Below, in pieces: positions 54,001 through 60,834 of a DNA stretch of 60,834 nt. Below the pieces are notes generated by a model. It saw nothing but the letters and a program-made list of their open reading frames with translations. It was not told where the DNA came from and did not search any database. The stretch spans positions 1 through 60,834 of the forward strand of contig CAJWPJ010000004.1 of assembly GCA_913045115.1 (NCBI GenBank), read 5' to 3'. The number at the start of each line of letters is the position of its first letter. The stretch's first letter is position 1. Position numbers and translations under genes: made by a program. This DNA comes from an uncultured Gammaproteobacteria bacterium. Lineage in GTDB: Bacteria > Pseudomonadota > Gammaproteobacteria > GCA-002705445 > GCA-002716945.

Positions 54001-55525
54001 TGATATCTATAGTATTGAAGATCTTGCTCAACTTATTTACGATTTAAAGCAAGTTAACAATAGAGCTCTCGTATCTGTAAAGCTTGTATCACAAAAAGGC
54101 GTTGGAACAATTGCTGCCGGGGTAACAAAAGCTTACGCTGATCTAATTACTATCTCAGGTTATGATGGAGGTACTGGTGCTAGTCCTCTGACGTCAGTAA
54201 AATATGCTGGTTCCCCATGGGAAATGGGTATTGCTGAGACCCAGCAAACACTAATGTTAAATAATCTTAGACATAAAGTCAGAATACAAACAGATGGCGG
54301 ACTTAAAACAGGATTAGATGTTATTAAAGCGGCAATCTTTGGAGCAGAGAGTTTTGGGTTTGGAACATCAGTAATGGTCGCCCTAGGCTGTAAGTATCTA
54401 CGAATTTGTCATTTAAATAATTGCGCAACAGGCGTTGCAACGCAGAATAAAATTTTAAGAATGAAACACTTTTCTGGCAGCCCTGAGAGAGTTGTTAACT
54501 ACTTTAAATTTATTGCACAAGAAGTTAGAGAAATAATGGCATCACTTGGTGTTAGAACAATAGATGAGCTAACAGGTCAGACACATCTACTCTCAATTGG
54601 TAAAGGAATTACACAAAAACATAAGGCTCTAAGCCTTAAAAAGATGCTTACAATATCTAACAAAAAGTCAGATAGATATTGTACAACTAAATCAAATAAA
54701 CCATATGATAAGGGTTTGTTAGCTAGAAAAATCCTAAAAGATTCTAAAAACGCAATCATGAAGCGTAAAAGTATCACTCTCGAATATGATATAAAAAATC
54801 TCGATCGTTCTATAGGTGCCAGTCTCTCAGGAGAAATTGCTACAAGATATGGAAATCACGGGTTTTCAAAAACGCCTGTGAAATTATATTTAAATGGAAC
54901 TGCTGGTCAAAGCCTTGGAGTGTGGAACGCAGGCGGTGTTGAAATATATCTTACTGGTGATGCGAATGATTATGTTGGCAAAGGAATGTCTGGTGGGAAA
55001 ATAAGCATTCAAGCTTCACCTTCCTTCAAAAATATTGCAGACAAAAACAGTATTGTTGGAAATACGTGTCTATACGGTGCTACAGGGGGAAGACTATATG
55101 CCGAAGGTAAAGCGGGTGAAAGATTTGCAGTTAGAAACTCAGGAGCTATTGCGACTATAGAGGGAGCGGGTGACCATTGTTGTGAATATATGACGGGAGG
55201 CTCTGTAATCGTTTTAGGAGAAGTTGGAAATAATTTTGGCGCTGGCATGACTGGTGGTGTGGCTTTTATTTATGATGACTCAGGCAAGTTAGACAAGAAT
55301 CTCAACAAAAGCTCAGTAGAGCTATTAGAACTTGCTGAAGTTGATAAGCCAACAGCTAATTTCTTTAAGAGAATTATCAAAGATTATGCAAAGGAAACAA
55401 AAAGCATCAAGGCTAAGAAAATATTGAAGGATTTTGAACATGAAATTATGAATATTAAATTAATCAAGCCAATAAATGCATCAATGGAAGATATTAAGAA
55501 AAATATAATCAATAAAGTTGCGTAA
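51074..55525 (+). CDS. gltB: Glutamate synthase (NADPH) large subunit
   Basis: N-terminal amidotransferase Cys (ERDNCGFG), central FMN/Fe-S domains and a C-terminal GXGXG beta-helix. 1483 aa. Confidence 0.98.
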   Translation: MNNGHTSKNSLYSPTFERDNCGFGLIANMDDKPSSWIIDTSIEALNRLKHRGAVSDDGKSSDGCGLLIKKPDEFFHHCANELNIKLSSNYAFGTVFLPRSKSKHKKIKETFFFQIKKLGLNVLGWRQVPVDKRVCGKDALASLPDIQQIIITGSEKLHENEFEKKLYVARLHIEKILNEPELYICSMSSKVISYKGLIVSENIQKFYPDLVHQKMKTSLCVFHQRFSTNTLPQWKLAQPFRHLAHNGEINTVQGNRHWYMARRSKLDISDLPELKKLHPVVSMEDSDSYSLDNMLEYLLAGDMGIFRAMRTLIPPAWQNNNQIDNKLKACFEYHSMHMEPWDGPAGIVLTDGRYAACALDRNGLRPARYVISKDRHITLASEVGVYDYDDSEIIEKGRLAPGDMLAVDTLNGEVLLSDDINKILKDRHPYDEWLNKNSINLTTYDHNKEVPLSFNSSDLVSYKKFYGVTLEEEKDVILPLANLALEATGSMGDDTPMPVLSKQSRSLYDYFRQQFAQVTNPPIDSLRETSVMSLETCLGVERNLFEESSLHAGRLVLDSPVLSKQVFDKLTNSKEKGFQSDKLSLHYDSNIDLEEAINTICDRAVRIVKKGAVLIILSDIGLNNNQMTIPAVMAVGAVHHRLISDGLRCDCNIIVETASTWNSHHFAVLLGYGASAIYPYLALEIINNMIIRNNQDSEKYAQHVNNFIKGINKGLLKIMSKMGISCVSSYRGAQLFEIIGLNSNVIDLCFRNNISRIEGASFDDIENDLRINKEYSMKVSDGIGKGGLLKFTTDGEYHDYNPDVVKALQECVTTGEYDDYKKFSKLVNSRDPSFLRDLFNLKKKKAIPISEVESSKSILKRFDTAGMSLGALSPEAHEALAIAMNTIGGRSNSGEGGEDIKRYNSTKTSKIKQVASGRFGVTPHYLVNADVIQIKIAQGAKPGEGGQLPGDKVDQYIAKLRYSVPGVTLISPPPHHDIYSIEDLAQLIYDLKQVNNRALVSVKLVSQKGVGTIAAGVTKAYADLITISGYDGGTGASPLTSVKYAGSPWEMGIAETQQTLMLNNLRHKVRIQTDGGLKTGLDVIKAAIFGAESFGFGTSVMVALGCKYLRICHLNNCATGVATQNKILRMKHFSGSPERVVNYFKFIAQEVREIMASLGVRTIDELTGQTHLLSIGKGITQKHKALSLKKMLTISNKKSDRYCTTKSNKPYDKGLLARKILKDSKNAIMKRKSITLEYDIKNLDRSIGASLSGEIATRYGNHGFSKTPVKLYLNGTAGQSLGVWNAGGVEIYLTGDANDYVGKGMSGGKISIQASPSFKNIADKNSIVGNTCLYGATGGRLYAEGKAGERFAVRNSGAIATIEGAGDHCCEYMTGGSVIVLGEVGNNFGAGMTGGVAFIYDDSGKLDKNLNKSSVELLELAEVDKPTANFFKRIIKDYAKETKSIKAKKILKDFEHEIMNIKLIKPINASMEDIKKNIINKVA

Positions 55526-57208
55526 ATGGCAAATTTTGACAGAGCATTTATTGATCAAGTTCTGTCCTCAACTGACATAGTTGATGTAATAAAAGAAAAA
55601 GTTAATCTTACAAAAAATGGAACTAATTTTAAGGGTTTGTGCCCCTTTCATAGTGAAAAAACACCCTCATTCAATGTTTCTTCATCAAAGCAATTCTATC
55701 ATTGCTTTGGGTGTGGCGCTCACGGTGATGCTATAAAGTTTATACAAGAACATGATAATCTTACTTTCATTGAAGCTTTAACAAAATTGGCACAAGCAGC
55801 AGGCCTTGAGCTTCCAGAAAAAACAAAAAAAAATGACACTTACTACAACCTTTTTATATCAAACAAGCTTGCTGCTGAGTTTTATAGTCGTTCCCTCGAA
55901 AATAATTCAGAAGCAAAGACTTACCTTGAAAATAGAGGCATCGATCAAGGAATGATTGAGACATTTCACTTAGGCTTATCAAATAATAAATGGGACGATC
56001 TCACTAACTTATTTTCAAAAGAAAAAATAATTAACAATGCTATTGAGGCTGGATTAGTCATTAAATCAAATAATAAGACATATGACCGTTTCAGAAATAG
56101 AATAATGTTCCCTATACGAAACTCTACTGGAAATATTATCGGTTTTGGAGCAAGAATATATAACTCAGATGATGGAGCTAAATATTTAAACTCTCCTGAG
56201 ACTAAACTATTTCACAAGAGTTATGAACTTTATGGTCTATATGAATGTAAAAAAGACATAGCCAAAGAGAAATCGGTAATAATAGTTGAGGGATATACTG
56301 ATGTTATAGGATTGTATAAGTCTGATATAAAAAATTGTGTCGCTACACTAGGAACTGCATTTACAAAGTTTCACTTTAATAAAATAAAACGTTATACCAA
56401 CAAGATAATATTTTGTTTTGATGGAGACGCCGCAGGTAAATCTGCAGCTTGGAAGGCTATAACTAATTGTTTGCCTGAGTTAAAAGACGAAATACAGCTT
56501 TATCTGATCTTTCTACCTGAAGGGTGTGACCCAGATTCATATGTCAAAGATGAAAAAGATAATTTCGATAATTTAATAAATAACCCCATGCCTCTGTCGG
56601 AATATATAATTGAGCATCTCGGAACTGATATTGATATCAAAACTGTTGAGGGTAAGACATCTTTTGCTCTAGAGGCAAAGAAAGTTCTCAATCAGATGCC
56701 GGATATTATGTATACAGATATATTAAGAGAAAAGATACAGCAAATGACAGGCAATATTATTCTGAAGAAGAATCAGGCAACGCATGACAAAGAGAAAAAT
56801 ACCTCTTCAGACACCAGTCAAGAATTTGACATAAAAGAACTGACGCTTTTAAATTTGCTCATAGAGTATCCAATGCTAGTGAAAGAGTTTAATTGTGAGC
56901 ATATAATTACAGAGAAGACATTGATAAATATTTATAACGTCATCAGAGAAGAAATTAGTAAAAATGAAAATTTTACTGCAGCACATCTATTGAAGTTATT
57001 TCCTAATAATGAGGCTGTAAGATCTATTGTTACTTTTGAATCAAATGAAAAGTCAGAGGATTCTGCTAGAGTTACAATCCAGGAAATATTTCATCAACTA
57101 GAGCTAAGTTCTAAAGAGAAGGTTTATTTTGAACTTCTAAATAGATACACAGATGGACAAAGTTTATCTGAAAAAGAAAGGGAATTCATCAAAAACTTTA
57201 AGAAATAG
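55526..57208 (+). CDS. dnaG: DNA primase
   Basis: Zinc finger CPFHSEKTPSFNV...HCFGCGAHGD and TOPRIM EGYTDV. 560 aa. Confidence 0.96.
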   Translation: MANFDRAFIDQVLSSTDIVDVIKEKVNLTKNGTNFKGLCPFHSEKTPSFNVSSSKQFYHCFGCGAHGDAIKFIQEHDNLTFIEALTKLAQAAGLELPEKTKKNDTYYNLFISNKLAAEFYSRSLENNSEAKTYLENRGIDQGMIETFHLGLSNNKWDDLTNLFSKEKIINNAIEAGLVIKSNNKTYDRFRNRIMFPIRNSTGNIIGFGARIYNSDDGAKYLNSPETKLFHKSYELYGLYECKKDIAKEKSVIIVEGYTDVIGLYKSDIKNCVATLGTAFTKFHFNKIKRYTNKIIFCFDGDAAGKSAAWKAITNCLPELKDEIQLYLIFLPEGCDPDSYVKDEKDNFDNLINNPMPLSEYIIEHLGTDIDIKTVEGKTSFALEAKKVLNQMPDIMYTDILREKIQQMTGNIILKKNQATHDKEKNTSSDTSQEFDIKELTLLNLLIEYPMLVKEFNCEHIITEKTLINIYNVIREEISKNENFTAAHLLKLFPNNEAVRSIVTFESNEKSEDSARVTIQEIFHQLELSSKEKVYFELLNRYTDGQSLSEKEREFIKNFKK

Positions 57209-57263
57209 TAATTTCAATAAACATCTGCTTTATTACACCTTAATACTAATATAAACTGCATGA

Positions 57264-58424
57264 ATGTATTATTTTACATCAGAGAGTGTATCTCCTGGGC
57301 ATCCAGATAAACTATGTGACCATCTGTCAGACGCCGTACTCGATCATGTTATCTCACAAGATGAAAATTCACGTGTAGCATGTGAAACTTTCGTAAAGGG
57401 TAAAGAAAATGAGGCTGGAACGGTCGTTGTGGGTGGTGAGATAACGACTAAAGGAAATCTCAATTTAGACGAATTAATAAGAGAAACTATCATTGAAATA
57501 GGATATGACTCGAATGAGCTTGGTTTTAATGGCCATGAATGTGAAATTGTTAAATTACTAACTAAACAATCTCCTGATATTCAAATGGGAGTTGATCGCG
57601 AAGAAAAGAAAAAACAAGGTGCGGGTGATCAAGGTTTAATGTTTGGTTATGCAACAAATGAAACTGAGTTTCTCATGCCCTCCCCTATATATTACTCTCA
57701 TAGATTGGTCGAGAAACAAACAAATCTTCTAAAAAGCAAATCTGTAAGTTGGTTGAGACCTGATGCCAAGAGCCAAGTAACGTTTCAATATGAAAATGAT
57801 AAACCAACATCTGTAGACACTGTTGTCTTATCAACACAACATTCAAGTGATATAAGCTTGGAAGATCTTAGAGAGTTTGTAAAAAAAGAAATTATATTTG
57901 ATGTCATTCCAGATAATTTGATTAATGATAATACCAAGATTTTTATAAACCCCACTGGAAATTTCGTTGAGGGTGGGCCACTTGGTGATTCAGGATTAAC
58001 GGGTAGAAAAATAATTGTTGATACGTATGGAGGTATGGCCAGACATGGCGGTGGAGCATTTTCAGGTAAAGACCCTTCAAAAGTGGATAGATCCGCAGCT
58101 TATGCAGCAAGATATATTGCAAAAAATATTGTCGCGGCGGAGTTAGCTGATAGATGTGAAATTCAAATATCTTATGCAATTGGAGTCGCAGAACCAACAT
58201 CTACTCTAGTTAATACATTTGGAACAGGTACGGTCTCAGATGAAAAACTATCCAGTATAATAAATGATGTTTTTGATCTTACCCCTTATGGGATAATCAC
58301 TACTCTAGACCTACTCAATGTAAAGTATAAACCTACTGCTGGATTCGGGCATTTTGGAAGAAATGATGCAAATTTTACATGGGAACAAACGGATAAGGTT
58401 GATATACTAAAATCTGCCATTTAA
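57264..58424 (+). CDS. metK: S-adenosylmethionine synthetase
   Basis: [25 protein letters not shown]. 386 aa. Confidence 0.98.
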   Translation: MYYFTSESVSPGHPDKLCDHLSDAVLDHVISQDENSRVACETFVKGKENEAGTVVVGGEITTKGNLNLDELIRETIIEIGYDSNELGFNGHECEIVKLLTKQSPDIQMGVDREEKKKQGAGDQGLMFGYATNETEFLMPSPIYYSHRLVEKQTNLLKSKSVSWLRPDAKSQVTFQYENDKPTSVDTVVLSTQHSSDISLEDLREFVKKEIIFDVIPDNLINDNTKIFINPTGNFVEGGPLGDSGLTGRKIIVDTYGGMARHGGGAFSGKDPSKVDRSAAYAARYIAKNIVAAELADRCEIQISYAIGVAEPTSTLVNTFGTGTVSDEKLSSIINDVFDLTPYGIITTLDLLNVKYKPTAGFGHFGRNDANFTWEQTDKVDILKSAI

Positions 58425-58436
58425 TAAGAGGTGAAT

Positions 58437-59750
58437 ATGGAATCAGATAAAGTTAAAAAGATTAAGGATGATTTTAAGGTTGCGGACATATCGCTTGCAG
58501 CATTTGGTCATAAAGAAATAAGAATTGCAGAAGTTGAAATGCCTGGGCTTATGGCCCTGAGGAAAGAGTTAGGTACTAAAAAACCACTTAAAGGTGCAAG
58601 GATAATTGGTTGTCTTCATATGACAATTCAAACAGCAGTTTTGATTGAGACGCTAGTTGAGCTTGGTGCTGATGTGAGATGGTCATCTTGTAATATTTTT
58701 TCAACCCAAGATCATGCGGCTGCTGCAATAGCCGACCAAGATATTCCTGTTTATGCATGGAAAGGTGAGACAGAAGACGAATATATTTGGTGTTTGAAAC
58801 AATCTATTGAGGGAAAACCTGAATGGAAGCCAAATATTCTGCTTGATGATGGTGGAGATCTAACTTCAATGATTCACAAAGAGTACCCGCACCTAATAGA
58901 TGAAATCAAAGGCGTTTCTGAAGAGACAACTACTGGTGTATTGAGATTATACGATATGGCTAGAGAGGGATCATTGAAAATGCCTGCTATAAATGTCAAT
59001 GATTCAGTAACTAAATCTAAATTTGATAACCTCTATGGATGTAAAGAATCTTTGGTTGATGGCATCAAACGCGCAACTGATACCATGATCGCTGGTAAAC
59101 ATTGCATCGTATGTGGATATGGAGATGTCGGTAAAGGGTCTGCAGAATCATTAAGAGCACTTGGTGCAAAAGTCATGATAACTGAAATAGATCCGATCTG
59201 TGCCTTACAAGCTTGTATGGAAGGATACGATGTAGTCACACTTGAGGATAAAATTACAGAGATAGACATATTTGTTACCGCGACAGGTAATTTTAATGTA
59301 ATCAACCATGACCATATGAAAGCTATGAAAAGCGGAGCAATTGTTTGCAATATAGGTCATTTTGATAATGAAATCGATGTGGCCAGCTTGAAAGATTACC
59401 AATGGGACAATATAAAACCCCAAGTTGATGAAATTACATTCCCCGATGGAAAAAAAATCATTCTTCTAGCAGAAGGAAGATTAATTAATCTTGGTTGTGC
59501 AACAGGGCATCCAAGTTTTGTTATGTCCTGCTCATTTACGAACCAGGTAATGGCACAAATTGAGCTTTGGGAAAATCACTCTAAGTATGAGAAAAAGGTT
59601 TATGTATTGCCTAAGCATCTTGATGAAAAGGTTGCTTTACTCCATCTAGATAAACTAGATGCAAAGATTACAAATCTCACTGATGAGCAAGCCGAATACA
59701 TCGGTGTAGGTAAAAACGGTCCGTTTAAGAAAGATACTTACAGATATTAA
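58437..59750 (+). CDS. ahcY: Adenosylhomocysteinase
   Basis: DDGGDLT and NAD motif GYGDVGKG, with C-terminal KKDTYRY. The ATG at 58437 follows an AGAGGTG Shine-Dalgarno sequence; the GTG at 58431 is the alternative. Confidence 0.96.
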   Translation: MESDKVKKIKDDFKVADISLAAFGHKEIRIAEVEMPGLMALRKELGTKKPLKGARIIGCLHMTIQTAVLIETLVELGADVRWSSCNIFSTQDHAAAAIADQDIPVYAWKGETEDEYIWCLKQSIEGKPEWKPNILLDDGGDLTSMIHKEYPHLIDEIKGVSEETTTGVLRLYDMAREGSLKMPAINVNDSVTKSKFDNLYGCKESLVDGIKRATDTMIAGKHCIVCGYGDVGKGSAESLRALGAKVMITEIDPICALQACMEGYDVVTLEDKITEIDIFVTATGNFNVINHDHMKAMKSGAIVCNIGHFDNEIDVASLKDYQWDNIKPQVDEITFPDGKKIILLAEGRLINLGCATGHPSFVMSCSFTNQVMAQIELWENHSKYEKKVYVLPKHLDEKVALLHLDKLDAKITNLTDEQAEYIGVGKNGPFKKDTYRY

Positions 59751-59768
59751 TTAGTATTTAACTAATTA

Positions 59769-60834
59769 TGAAATCATCACATCTAGTTAAAAAAGACTTA
59801 AGGGTTGTGTGGCACCCTTGTACCCAAATGAAGGATCATGAAAAGATTCCCATGATTCCTATTAAATCAGGTAAAGGGGTTTGGTTATATGACTATGATG
59901 GAAAAAAGTATCTCGATGCTATAAGCTCGTGGTGGGTTAATCTTTTTGGTCACTCAAACGCATATATAAATAAAAGTATCAAAAGCCAACTATCTCAGCT
60001 AGAGCATGTTCTACTTGCTGGATTCACACATGAACCTGCTATAACTCTATCTGAGAGATTAATAAAATTAACACCGCCTAAAATCACTAAATGTTTCTTC
60101 ACTGATAATGGCTCATCTTCCATTGATGCAGCTATGAAAATGAGCTATCACTACTGGCAGAATAAGAGAAAAAAATCTAAAGTTAAATTTATAGCATTAT
60201 CAAATAGCTATCATGGTGAAACACTAGGTTCTCTCTCAGTAAGTAATATTGATTTATATAAGAAAACTTATGAGAGCATGCTAAAGAAAACGATTATTGT
60301 AGATTCGCCTGATAACTACAATAAAGTTGATGGGGTTTCTGAAGAAAAGCATGCAGAAATCATGTTTGACAAAATGTATAAAACTATCAAAGAGAACCAT
60401 AATGAAGTTTGTGCTGTAATTGTAGAACCACTTATTCAATGTGCCGGATATATGAGGATGTATCATCATAGATACCTTGAGCTTTTGAGTGAGGCATGTC
60501 GTAAGTATAAAATTCATTTAATAGCTGACGAGATTGCGGTTGGTTTTGGAAGAACAGGCACCATGTTTGGATTTCAACAAGCAAAAATTACACCTGATAT
60601 TATCTGTCTGTCTAAAGGAATAACAGGGGGTTACATGACACTTTCTACGATTCTCACTACCGATAATATCTATGATGCTTTTTATGACGAATATGACAAA
60701 CTGAACGCTTTCTTACATTCACACAGTTACACAGCAAATCCTATAGCATGTTCTGCTGCTAACGCTACACTTGATATTTTTAAAAATAAAAATGTATTAA
60801 AAAATAACAAGGTGCTGTCCAAACATATGAAAAA
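59769..60834 (+). CDS. bioA: Adenosylmethionine-8-amino-7-oxononanoate aminotransferase, 3' end outside the window
   Basis: Absent from the ORF track because there is no stop codon in the window. My translation gives MKSSHLVKKDLRVVWHPCTQMKDH..., SYHGET, ADEIAVGFGRTG and LSKGITGGY (PLP lysine). Confidence 0.9.

Noticed and set aside
58425-58436. SAH riboswitch upstream of ahcY
   Set aside because: Only 6-12 nt separate metK and ahcY, far too short for the element.

Overview
This is an AT-rich, very gene-dense chromosomal segment with gammaproteobacterial gene content. I support about 65 protein-coding genes. Scanning by eye I found no rRNA, tRNA, CRISPR array, IS element, integrase, prophage, toxin-antitoxin or recognisable defence module. 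Gene order from left to right: fbpABC iron importer, fadD, groESL, fxsA, cutA-dsbD, aroQ-accBC, fis-purHD, mutM, a membrane desaturase, rpmB-rpmG, and a pterin cluster (folB-folK, a membrane protein, folM). These are followed by an NDUFAF7-like methyltransferase, uppP, cca, an NDUFA9-like SDR, a YfcE-type phosphoesterase and a sulfite-oxidation locus (sat plus aprM-aprB-aprA). Next come a SlyD/FkpB-type PPIase, trxA-rho, coaD-rsmD, an M16 peptidase pair, rpoH and a complete aa3 cytochrome c oxidase cluster (coxBA-ctaG-coxC, DUF2909, SURF1, a Sco-like protein, ctaA, ctaB). The window ends with bioH-bioC, plsY, tsaD, rpsU-yqeY, gltD-hemE-aroK-aroB-gltB, dnaG and metK-ahcY-bioA. Genes commonly overlap by 1 nt (TAATG) or 4 nt (ATGA), and convergent genes abut or overlap. 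The combination of low GC, sat/aprMBA, an aa3 oxidase and strong compaction suggests a streamlined marine gammaproteobacterium of the SUP05/ARCTIC96BD-19 type; this is inference only. I do not see a self-contained novel system. The best leads for undescribed biology are four. (1) An unrecognisable ~117-aa ORF sits directly against the 3' end of aprA. (2) cca seems to have lost its HD phosphohydrolase core and shares a gene string with a stand-alone metallophosphoesterase. (3) A membrane-anchored Sco-like CxxxC protein in the cox assembly cluster lacks the distal His ligand. (4) The rpsU-dnaG-rpoD operon is disrupted by an 8.5-kb gltD-hemE-aroKB-gltB block, with dnaG starting at the base after the gltB stop codon. 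Two genes missing from the ORF track were recovered: rpmG (51 aa) and a 3'-truncated bioA. All family assignments come from motif and sequence recognition by eye; no searches were run.
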